The position numbers and the translations under genes were made by a program. A stretch of DNA of 42,441 nt. Source: Candidatus Coatesbacteria bacterium (lineage in GTDB: Bacteria; JAFGND01). The DNA is taken from positions 1 to 42,441 of the forward strand of contig JAFGND010000002.1 of assembly GCA_016927185.1 (NCBI GenBank), given 5' to 3'. The notes beneath the pieces were generated by a model, which saw only the letters and a list, made by a program, of their open reading frames with translations, was not told the DNA's origin and ran no database searches. Shown piece by piece: positions 29,973 to 38,105 of the stretch; within the stretch, counting starts at the first letter, position 1; each line of letters starts with the position of its first letter.

Positions 29973-30344
29973 ATGAACAAGAAAGGGTTCACACTCATTG
30001 AGCTCATGATCGTTGTAGTTATCATCGGTATCCTGGCTGCAATTGCTATCCCACGTTTCACATCAATCAAGGATGAAGCCAACAAGTCATCATGCCGCGC
30101 TAATATGCATCAGATTGCAACAGCTGAAAATATGTATTATGCAGTAGCAAATACTTATACAAACGCGAGTGGAGATCTGGATGACTATATTGGTGGAGGA
30201 AATGTATGGGTATGCCCAAGAACCAGCGCTGCATATGCATTTACAGTAACTGGAACAGATCAGTTCACAGTTCCCTGCCCATTTGGTTCTGGAACCGCAG
30301 CTACAGATCATGGTACTGTAACAGATACAGGTGCTAGCTGGTAG
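29973..30344 (+). CDS. Type IV prepilin 2, probable major pilin
   Basis: MNKKG|FTLIELMIVVVIIGILAAIAIP; AGGAGG SD, own sigma54 motif and terminator. Confidence 0.93.
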   Translation: MNKKGFTLIELMIVVVIIGILAAIAIPRFTSIKDEANKSSCRANMHQIATAENMYYAVANTYTNASGDLDDYIGGGNVWVCPRTSAAYAFTVTGTDQFTVPCPFGSGTAATDHGTVTDTGASW

Positions 30345-30368
30345 TATCAAGAAAGATAACAAAAACTG

Positions 30369-30398
30369 AAGCGGAAGTTAATTCTTCCGCTTTTTTTT
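30369..30398 (+). terminator. Intrinsic terminator after pilin 2
   Basis: AAGCGGAAG-TTAATT-CTTCCGC followed by T8. Confidence 0.9.
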
Positions 30399-30423
30399 GT
30401 ATCTAAAGTATTTTAAATCCCAA

Positions 30424-32733
30424 TTATTTTTCTGAAAGCATCTTGCTTTTTGCTCTAATATCATTCAACTTATCCTCATAAAGTTTTGCTTCTTTCTGCA
30501 TTCCCAGTCTCTTATAACATAAAATAATATTGCTTAATGCTCTTATCTCATTCTCATCTTTTTCCAGGGACTTTATAAAAAACTCTATTGCTTTATTGTT
30601 ATTCTTTTCCTTTTGCATTTCTATTATTCCTTTTGCCATGTAAAAAGATGATGAAGTTGAATCCATTCCCTCAGCAAGTTTTAAGTAATAATCAACAGAA
30701 ATCCAGTCATTCTTTCCAGTATGTGCTAATATCAAGTCAATAATCAATCCGTAATTAGGTTCTTTTGTCATTTTTGCTTTTTCGAAATGATATATCGCAT
30801 CATCATAATTACGAGCATCCAGTGCTATCTTCCCTGCTGTTCTGTGGATGAAGTTCTTTCTATCACCCATTTTAGTCATTTTCAATCCCAGATCTATTAT
30901 ATCAGCAGCTTTCTCTTTCTCATTTGTTGCATAGCAATAAGAAAAAATTGTGAAATATGGCAATCCATGCCATGGTTCAGATTCCTGTAACATACATGAC
31001 TGTTCATATGATCCTTTAAAATCTTCATTTCTCCATTTATATACTATTTGCTTTTGTTTACTGAAAGTATTATCAGGTTTTACTTTATTTATAAAACAAT
31101 ATAATACATGCCATCTGCTTCCATCCTTGTAGAAATCAGGATCAGTTGTTTCAAGATATTTGAATGGTTCCAGATAACTCTCTATTACAGCTATTTTCAA
31201 GATTGATGAATTCTTGAATTTGCTGTTAATTTTATTCAATACTTCGTTGTTAAACTTTTTTGTTTCTATAAAATAGTCAATTTTACTGGAATATAAGAAA
31301 ATGCTTCCTATAAGCTCAGTATTGGAAGATGCATTTGAAAAAATGAGATCTGTGGAGGCAAAGGTTTCTTCTGGCATTTTATAATTTATCAAATTGTCAA
31401 AAAGCTTTTCATGTTTTGGAAGAAGAGATCTTGCTCCAAGTCTCCATATTATTGACAAATCAGGTCTTATCCCCTTTCCTCTCTGAAGAGCAGATAAGTT
31501 GAATGAAGCATTATCCCCAGTTGAATGAAACATTAAATTATAAGGAACAAAACTGAAATAAAGTTTCGTAAAATAATCTGCCCCATTGTTTTTCACTCCA
31601 TCTGCAAAATTCAGATTCCTGTATCCTGAATAAACTCCTATTAGCAGTATCAAGGGGATTGCAATAAGTCTTGTTTTATCTGTTATTTCAAGCAATTTTG
31701 CTATGAAGAATAGAAGCCCTACCCATATAACCCAGAAGAAGAGGAACCAGTATCTGTGCCATTGATGAAGAGATTGTGGACATGCGTGATAAATCATGCT
31801 GAACAAGTTCCAGCCACCTATTATGAGAAGAAGATATACAAGCGGCCTCCAGGCTTTGTTTCTAAGTGCACCAAACAATCCCAAAAGACCTGTTGTAAGG
31901 AAAATCCATCCCAATTCAGGGACTAATACATATGAATGCCAGTGAGTTAAGAAGAATCTTAATGTATCCCAGTTTTTTATCCAGGTCTGGTCACTGTATC
32001 CCTTCATTCCTACAACAAAATAGAATCTCATGAAGTTGTGCGGTTTCACCCAGTTGTAAAACGGTTCGATTATGCTTTTTATTGGAAGATAAAGATATAT
32101 GGACATGCCAAGTGCGAAAAAAATGAAACCCCACAACAAGAGCCTGTCTTCTCCCTTGAACCTTATGAAATACAACAAGATAAATATGAAGACATAGATC
32201 ACTGCAAACATATGATTCCCGGCAAATAAGCCGGAAAGGAATGCAAGAAGCAGAAGAAGTTTTGGTTCCCTTTTTTCAAGTATCCTCAATGACAGATAGG
32301 TTAATATGCTTATTCCCAGTAGGTTAAGCGGATATACTACCGGGACCAGTGAATTTTCGAAAAATGCAGGGACAAAGAACATTATTGGAATCGCTGTTAC
32401 TGTCCAGCTCCAGGGCTTCTTGTATATGAGAAGCGATACGATTACAGAAGTAAGCTGGAGCGCAATCAATGAAGAGAGCAGACTTAACAGATTGATTCCC
32501 CAAATGTTACTGCTTGCAAGAAGCCAGAAAATTCTTCCCAGATTTATGTAAAATGGATAACCTGAAGGATGAGGTATTCCATATGCTGCTATTGTAGAAA
32601 TGAAATCACCACTATCCCACCAGTAAGTTGTATTCGGCATGAAGTAAAGTCCATATGCAAGACATGCAAGAACTGGCAACTGGGCAAGAATGGTATTCTT
32701 ATTCCTTGATATGAAATCAGTTACAGCATTCAT
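30424..32733 (-). CDS. DUF2723/TMEM260-like membrane glycosyltransferase with C-terminal TPR region
   Basis: WWDSGDF, GIPHPSGYPFY, GNH, YLYLP, NW..P, GDN motifs; many TMs; TPR-like helical tail; start ATG 32733. Confidence 0.82.
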   Translation of the reverse strand: MNAVTDFISRNKNTILAQLPVLACLAYGLYFMPNTTYWWDSGDFISTIAAYGIPHPSGYPFYINLGRIFWLLASSNIWGINLLSLLSSLIALQLTSVIVSLLIYKKPWSWTVTAIPIMFFVPAFFENSLVPVVYPLNLLGISILTYLSLRILEKREPKLLLLLAFLSGLFAGNHMFAVIYVFIFILLYFIRFKGEDRLLLWGFIFFALGMSIYLYLPIKSIIEPFYNWVKPHNFMRFYFVVGMKGYSDQTWIKNWDTLRFFLTHWHSYVLVPELGWIFLTTGLLGLFGALRNKAWRPLVYLLLIIGGWNLFSMIYHACPQSLHQWHRYWFLFFWVIWVGLLFFIAKLLEITDKTRLIAIPLILLIGVYSGYRNLNFADGVKNNGADYFTKLYFSFVPYNLMFHSTGDNASFNLSALQRGKGIRPDLSIIWRLGARSLLPKHEKLFDNLINYKMPEETFASTDLIFSNASSNTELIGSIFLYSSKIDYFIETKKFNNEVLNKINSKFKNSSILKIAVIESYLEPFKYLETTDPDFYKDGSRWHVLYCFINKVKPDNTFSKQKQIVYKWRNEDFKGSYEQSCMLQESEPWHGLPYFTIFSYCYATNEKEKAADIIDLGLKMTKMGDRKNFIHRTAGKIALDARNYDDAIYHFEKAKMTKEPNYGLIIDLILAHTGKNDWISVDYYLKLAEGMDSTSSSFYMAKGIIEMQKEKNNNKAIEFFIKSLEKDENEIRALSNIILCYKRLGMQKEAKLYEDKLNDIRAKSKMLSEK

Positions 32734-32749
32734 TTCCCCCCCCAATTTA

Positions 32750-34144
32750 TCAAATAAAAATCTTCCCAGGATTAAGCAGGTTTTCCGGATCAATTGTTTT
32801 CTTTATGGCTTGCATCAACTTAAGTGATTGATCATCAAGGCAATATTTCAAGTATTTCTTCTTGAGAAATCCTATGCCATGCTCTCCAGACACTACTCCT
32901 TCAAGCGAGGACACTAGATTGAATATCTCTTTCATAATCAATAATTTACGCTTGTCCCATTCCTCACTCTCTATGAAATTCTGCATCACATGAACATGGA
33001 CATTTCCATCTCCTGCATGACCGTAATTTATTATCTCAGTTGAATTTATCTCAGAAATTTTCCTTAATCCTTCAATAAGCAGTGGAATGCGATGTCTTGG
33101 AATACTTACGTCCGCAATTTCCATTGAGCCTTCTGATTGCTTCAGTGCTTCATAGAGATTCCTTCTTGCCTGCCATATAAGCTCCTGCTGTACAGGATTC
33201 TCTGCAAGAAGTATGTCTTCTGCATTATGCCTTTCAGCAACTACCTGAACAGATTCAAGAAGACTGTCTATGTTTTCCCTCTCTTCTATCTGTATCAAAA
33301 GCTGTGCCTGTGAGCTCATATAAGGAAGTTCTTTCTGGATGAATTTTGAGGAACGTGCTATTGCTGCCTTATCCATGAACTCCATTGTGTTTGGAACAAT
33401 ACCTGATGACAGGAAATCGCTTATTGTTTCTGCAGCATCTCTCAACGACGGGAACGGTATCAGCAGGTCAATCACTTGTGCTGGCTTGGAAACAAGTCTC
33501 AATGTGATTTCAGTAATCACTGCAAGAGTTCCTTCGCTTCCGCAGATGAGTCCTGCAATATCATAACCTGAAACATTCTTTATAAGTTTTCCGCCAAATG
33601 ACAGTCTTTCCCCATCAGGTAATATTGCTTTTAATCCCTGAACATATTGCCTTGTCACTCCGTACTTGTAAGCCCTTGGTCCACCTGCATTTTCAGCAAC
33701 GTTGCCCCCTATGGAACAGCTCTCAAGGCTTGCTGGATCAGGTGGGTAAAAAAGACTCTCTTTTTCTACTGCATCCTGGAGATCCTTTGTTATAATCCCT
33801 GGTTGTGTTGTAACGAACAATCCCTGCCTGTCAATCTCCCTTATAGATTTCATTCTTTCAAGAGAAAGTATCAGACCTCCTTCTGCTGCAAGACAGCCTC
33901 CTGAAAGACCTGTACCCAAGCCTCGTGGCGTTACTGGGACATTATATTTCTGAGACCATTTGAGAATTTTCGAAATCTCATCCTCATTTTCTGCAAGAGC
34001 TACTGCTTCAGGTTCAATGAAGATATCCGGATATTCATCGTGGCAGTAATCCTCCATTTCAGGCAACTCGGTTTTCAGCCTGTTTTCAGGAATAATGTCT
34101 TTCAATGCATCAAGAGATTCCCCTGACATCCTTTTGTTATTCAT
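32750..34144 (-). CDS. FAD-linked oxidoreductase, GlcD/D-lactate dehydrogenase family
   Basis: PRGLGTGLSGG, YPPDPAS, GGNVAENAGG, GHAGDGNVH, SGEHGIG, LNPGKIF. Start uncertain (34144 or 34129). Confidence 0.9.
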   Translation of the reverse strand: MNNKRMSGESLDALKDIIPENRLKTELPEMEDYCHDEYPDIFIEPEAVALAENEDEISKILKWSQKYNVPVTPRGLGTGLSGGCLAAEGGLILSLERMKSIREIDRQGLFVTTQPGIITKDLQDAVEKESLFYPPDPASLESCSIGGNVAENAGGPRAYKYGVTRQYVQGLKAILPDGERLSFGGKLIKNVSGYDIAGLICGSEGTLAVITEITLRLVSKPAQVIDLLIPFPSLRDAAETISDFLSSGIVPNTMEFMDKAAIARSSKFIQKELPYMSSQAQLLIQIEERENIDSLLESVQVVAERHNAEDILLAENPVQQELIWQARRNLYEALKQSEGSMEIADVSIPRHRIPLLIEGLRKISEINSTEIINYGHAGDGNVHVHVMQNFIESEEWDKRKLLIMKEIFNLVSSLEGVVSGEHGIGFLKKKYLKYCLDDQSLKLMQAIKKTIDPENLLNPGKIFI

Positions 34145-34220
34145 ACTGCTAATATCAATACATGCAGTTATTTTGTCAAGCAAGGCATTTTTAAAATTCC
34201 ACTTGCATGAAAACCTTGCA

Positions 34221-34236
34221 TGGCATGAATATTGCA
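34221..34236 (+). promoter_or_regulatory. Sigma54 -24/-12 promoter
   Basis: TGGCATGAATATTGCA, GG-N10-GC, in the divergent intergenic region. Confidence 0.72.
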
Positions 34237-34274
34237 AGGAGTTCTTTTGTTTAGCTCAAGAAAGAGAGGTTAAC

Positions 34275-35327
34275 ATAGACACTTTCCTGTTAATAGTTGC
34301 TGCTTTGATATTTGTTATTATAGCTTTTTTTTGCATTATGTATCATTTTTTCCATGTTCCGGGACTGCTATGGAAATTCAGGACAGACAGCTCAGTATCC
34401 TCATCACCATTCATATCAGATGGAATTTTATATATAGGAAGCAGTGACAATCATATTTATGCACTCAGCATCATTGATGGCACAATGAAGTGGAGATTCA
34501 AAACTGATGGAATGGTAGTATCGTCACCTGTAGTTCATGATGGAGTTGTCTTTTGCGGAAGCAATGATAATCATTTATATGCACTTGATATAAAGGACGG
34601 CTCACTAATATGGAAATTCAAGGCTGAAGACTGGGTATGGTCTTCACCCTGCATTTTCGAAAGCGTTGTTTTCGTTGGAAGCAACGACAGCCATGTATAT
34701 GCTATAAATGCTTCTGATGGCAGCCTGAAATGGAAGTTCAAGACTGAAGCTCAAATACATTCATCACCCTGCATTTCATATGGTGTGCTTTATATAGGAA
34801 GCATGGATGGCAGTGTTTATGCATTATATGCTGATGATGGAAGCTTGAAGTGGAAATTCACTACTGAATACCTGGTTGAATCATCCCCCAGGGTCTTCAA
34901 CGAAATAGTTTATATAGGAAGCAACGATTCTCACTTGTACGCAATAAATGCATCAAATGGTTCTTACAGATGGAGATTTCAGGCTGATGCAGTTTTCTAC
35001 TCAACGCCATGCATTTCTGATGATACAATCTATATAGGGAATGAAGATTGCCATGTTTATGCAATAAATCTCAATGATGGATCATTGAAATGGAAATTCA
35101 AGACCGGGAATGCAATAAATTCATCTGCTTTCGTATATAATGGAATTGTATATATTGGGAGTTATGATCGTTTCATGTATGCATTAAATGCGTCTGATGG
35201 AAAACTTGTCAGGAAATACAGGACAATAGGAACTATTTTCTCTTCACCAGTTGTTGCAGATGATGTTCTATATTTTGGAAGTGAGGACTGCATCATTTAT
35301 GCAATTAATGTCAAGGCACAAAGTTAA
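34275..35327 (+). CDS. Membrane-anchored PQQ-like/BamB-type beta-propeller without CTD; apparent ATA start
   Basis: GAGAGGT SD then in-frame ATA, N-terminal TM, about eight WKFKT..SSP..GSxD repeats. The ORF-track start at 34095 overlaps the opposite-strand gene. Confidence 0.8.
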   Translation: MDTFLLIVAALIFVIIAFFCIMYHFFHVPGLLWKFRTDSSVSSSPFISDGILYIGSSDNHIYALSIIDGTMKWRFKTDGMVVSSPVVHDGVVFCGSNDNHLYALDIKDGSLIWKFKAEDWVWSSPCIFESVVFVGSNDSHVYAINASDGSLKWKFKTEAQIHSSPCISYGVLYIGSMDGSVYALYADDGSLKWKFTTEYLVESSPRVFNEIVYIGSNDSHLYAINASNGSYRWRFQADAVFYSTPCISDDTIYIGNEDCHVYAINLNDGSLKWKFKTGNAINSSAFVYNGIVYIGSYDRFMYALNASDGKLVRKYRTIGTIFSSPVVADDVLYFGSEDCIIYAINVKAQS

Positions 35328-35469
35328 AAAAAAGAACTTCCATATGTAATTTCATATTGAGCAAGCTTAATATATCCAGATTTCCCTTGACATATATGAT
35401 ATCAGCGCAGGAATGTAATCAACTTTCTAATATGCTTTTAAGATAGATAATTCCATACTGGAGGTGAAA

Positions 35470-36849
35470 ATGCCATTAACCAAGATATTGATAATACTGA
35501 TATCGGGGATAAGCATTTTGTATTCCCAATCTTATCCCATGTATGGACAGAACCAGCATCATACATGTCATATTGATATTGCAGGACCAGTAACCAAACC
35601 AAATGAATACTGGAGATTTGAAGAAAAGGAAGGCAGAGAAGCAGGTAATCCAGTAACAGACAGCAATGGAAATATTTATGTGGGATTTTCTTTCGCTGAA
35701 GATAAAACAGAAGCATACTACTGTTCGCTGGATTCACTTGGAAAGGTAAGATGGGAAAAAAGACTGAAACTTAGCGGTGGTAATTATAGTATTTGTGATA
35801 CTGCTTTAGATGAAGAAAGAAATCACGTATATTTCACTTTTGGGAATTATTTTGAAGGAATTCACGCATATAACCTAAATGGTGATTTTATCTGGAAATG
35901 TGATACGATGTCATGTCAGTATCCAGTAACCATATCTGACAATGGTAATATCTACTCAGGTTCTTGGGGTATAAGCCTTAAATGTATATCCCCGGAAGGA
36001 GTTAAGAAATGGGAATTCCTTGATGAAAATTCAAGTTTTAATAATTTTACTGGACCTCCATCTTTAGATAATACAGGTCATGTCTATCTGCCGATGGGAG
36101 ATTATGTTTATTGCCTTAATGCAGATAATGGACAGCAAGTCTGGAGAGTACCTATTCATGGTGTAACAAGTAAGGGAGTAACAATAGCTAATAATTCTAT
36201 CTATTACGTTGACAATGGTAACTTCATCTGTCTTGATATGGATGGTAATGAGAAATGGAGATATGATGGAGTGGGGTTAAATCAGGAACAAGCTATATGT
36301 GCAATACAAACAAATGGGGATATAATAGTTCCAGGCTATAGAGGTTTATCTTGTTTACAACAGGATGGTTCTTTTAAATTCAAAATACCAATAATGGACT
36401 TTCATACTATAATTACAGATTATAACAATAATATTTTTGTTTTAGATGAAGCACATCCTTATGATCTGGTATGTTACAATTCAGTTGGTACAGTTGTTTG
36501 GAATATTGAAAGAGAGTATTCCTATATACAAGAAATGTGTTTTAATAAAAATGGAGATATTATTGTTGCAGATTGCAGTTCTTTAATATGCTATTCTACC
36601 AAAACTGGTTTCTCTTCTTCTAATTCTACTTCATACTTACCAGGCAAGCATTTTTCAGTTTCTCCTAACCCCTTCACCTCCCGCTTGTCAATTTCCCTGC
36701 CATCTTCAGGGGCAATCTATTCCCTTACCGGTCAGCTGATTAAGAACCTTCCCAAAGGTAAGCACTCTCTTGATACTAGCAAATGGAGAGAGGGAGTTTA
36801 TATAGTAAAGAGCGGGAAAGAATGCAAGAGGATTGTGAAGGTGAGGTAA
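35470..36849 (+). CDS. Secreted divergent PQQ-like beta-propeller with T9SS-like CTD
   Basis: GGAGGT SD, signal peptide, YPMYGQNQHHT, repeated GxxKW motifs, shared CTD. Confidence 0.85.
   Translation: MPLTKILIILISGISILYSQSYPMYGQNQHHTCHIDIAGPVTKPNEYWRFEEKEGREAGNPVTDSNGNIYVGFSFAEDKTEAYYCSLDSLGKVRWEKRLKLSGGNYSICDTALDEERNHVYFTFGNYFEGIHAYNLNGDFIWKCDTMSCQYPVTISDNGNIYSGSWGISLKCISPEGVKKWEFLDENSSFNNFTGPPSLDNTGHVYLPMGDYVYCLNADNGQQVWRVPIHGVTSKGVTIANNSIYYVDNGNFICLDMDGNEKWRYDGVGLNQEQAICAIQTNGDIIVPGYRGLSCLQQDGSFKFKIPIMDFHTIITDYNNNIFVLDEAHPYDLVCYNSVGTVVWNIEREYSYIQEMCFNKNGDIIVADCSSLICYSTKTGFSSSNSTSYLPGKHFSVSPNPFTSRLSISLPSSGAIYSLTGQLIKNLPKGKHSLDTSKWREGVYIVKSGKECKRIVKVR
36604..36849 (+). repeat. 246-bp linker+CTD module, copy 4
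   Basis: Encodes TGFSSS...SVSPNPFTSRLSISLPSSGAIYSLTGQLI...KRIVKVR. Confidence 0.92.
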
Positions 36850-36900
36850 TCTTAACTTCCAGAAGAAAAGGCTTTTCTTGATGGAATATCTCAATTTTTA

Positions 36901-36958
36901 ACCTCACCCCGCCATTCTTCCCCCCTCTCCTACAAGGAGAGGGGTTAGGGGGTGAGGT
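36901..36958. repeat. GC-rich REP-like nested palindrome
   Basis: Outer stem ACCTCACCCC/GGGGTGAGGT, inner stem CCCCTCTCCT-ACA-AGGAGAGGGG. Confidence 0.8.
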
Positions 36959-37094
36959 GTTTCTCCTCATAATTCAGTCCATTAGTCTTTGGGGCTAGAT
37001 TAATATCCTGAAATGCTTTTCTTGACAAAAACATCATGAAAAAGATTTTATACGTCATATATAAATAATAGATTTTCACGAAAGGTTGTCTTTG

Positions 37095-38105
37095 ATGGAG
37101 GAAAGATTTCAGGGAAATTCGGATGATAATCTGTCTTTCGCAGTTAATGTGATAGAGAAACTGAAAGACAGGATGGCAGATGTTATCAAGGGGCGTGATG
37201 ATGCAATTGAACTTATCCTTATTGCAATTCTTGCTGACGGACATATTTTGCTTGAGGATTATCCGGGTTCAGGAAAGACAACCCTTGCAAAAACGCTGGG
37301 AGAGTCAATTATTGATGACAAACATGATGACAAGATAGTTGCTTTCAGGAGAATACAGTTCACTCCTGACCTCCTGCCTTCAGATATAACCGGCGTGAGC
37401 ATATTTGATGCAGATACAGGGACTTTCCATTTCAGGGAAGGTCCATTATTTGCACATGTTGTCCTGGCAGATGAGATAAACAGGACAAGCCCGAAGGTGC
37501 AGAGCGCAATGCTTGAAGCAATGGCAGAAAAGCAGGTAACTGTTGATAATACAACATACAAACTTGATGAGCTGTTCTTTGTAATAGCGACACAGAATCC
37601 TCTGGATCTTGCTGGAACCTATCCCTTGCCAGTTGCACAGCTAGACAGATTTCTCTTCAAGGTCAGGATGACTTACATTGACAGGATGAGTGAACTGAAG
37701 GTCATGCATGGCTACATAGAAAGAAGAACAGGACCAAATCCTGTATTGCAGAAAGTTTCAAGATCAGCTATCATAAAAAGCAGGGAAATAACTGAGAATG
37801 GTGTTTATATTCATGAGGAAATAAAGGTCTGCATGGTTGACATTGCAAGATCTTTGAGGGAGCATGAACAGGTATTGCAGGGAGTTTCAACAAGAAGTCT
37901 TGTCCTTGCTCTTCCAGCACTTCAGGCACGGGCACTGATAAAAGGAAGAGATTATGTTGATGCAGATGATATAGTCAATCTTTCACCATTCATTTTCGGT
38001 CACAGAATAGAACTTGCACCAGGTTCTGATGAATCATTTTCAATAATAGGTCAATGCATAAAAAAACCCATAGAAACATTGTCAAGATACTCCTTGCGTG
38101 CATAG
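37095..38105 (+). CDS. MoxR-family AAA+ ATPase
   Basis: GHILLEDYPGSGKT, RIQFTPDLLPSDITG, LADEINR, ATQNP, QLDRF. Confidence 0.93.
   Translation: MEERFQGNSDDNLSFAVNVIEKLKDRMADVIKGRDDAIELILIAILADGHILLEDYPGSGKTTLAKTLGESIIDDKHDDKIVAFRRIQFTPDLLPSDITGVSIFDADTGTFHFREGPLFAHVVLADEINRTSPKVQSAMLEAMAEKQVTVDNTTYKLDELFFVIATQNPLDLAGTYPLPVAQLDRFLFKVRMTYIDRMSELKVMHGYIERRTGPNPVLQKVSRSAIIKSREITENGVYIHEEIKVCMVDIARSLREHEQVLQGVSTRSLVLALPALQARALIKGRDYVDADDIVNLSPFIFGHRIELAPGSDESFSIIGQCIKKPIETLSRYSLRA

Noticed and set aside
29413-30344. Electrically conductive e-pili
   Set aside because: Aromatics at mature positions 1, 24, 50 and 57 are present, but position 27 is Met/Ile, and sequence criteria for conductivity are weak.
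34095-34274. N-terminal extension given by the ORF track
   Set aside because: Overlaps the opposite-strand oxidoreductase start and spans the sigma54 motif and SD; the same logic was used to trim starts at 4182, 8551, 17781, 29320 and 42354.
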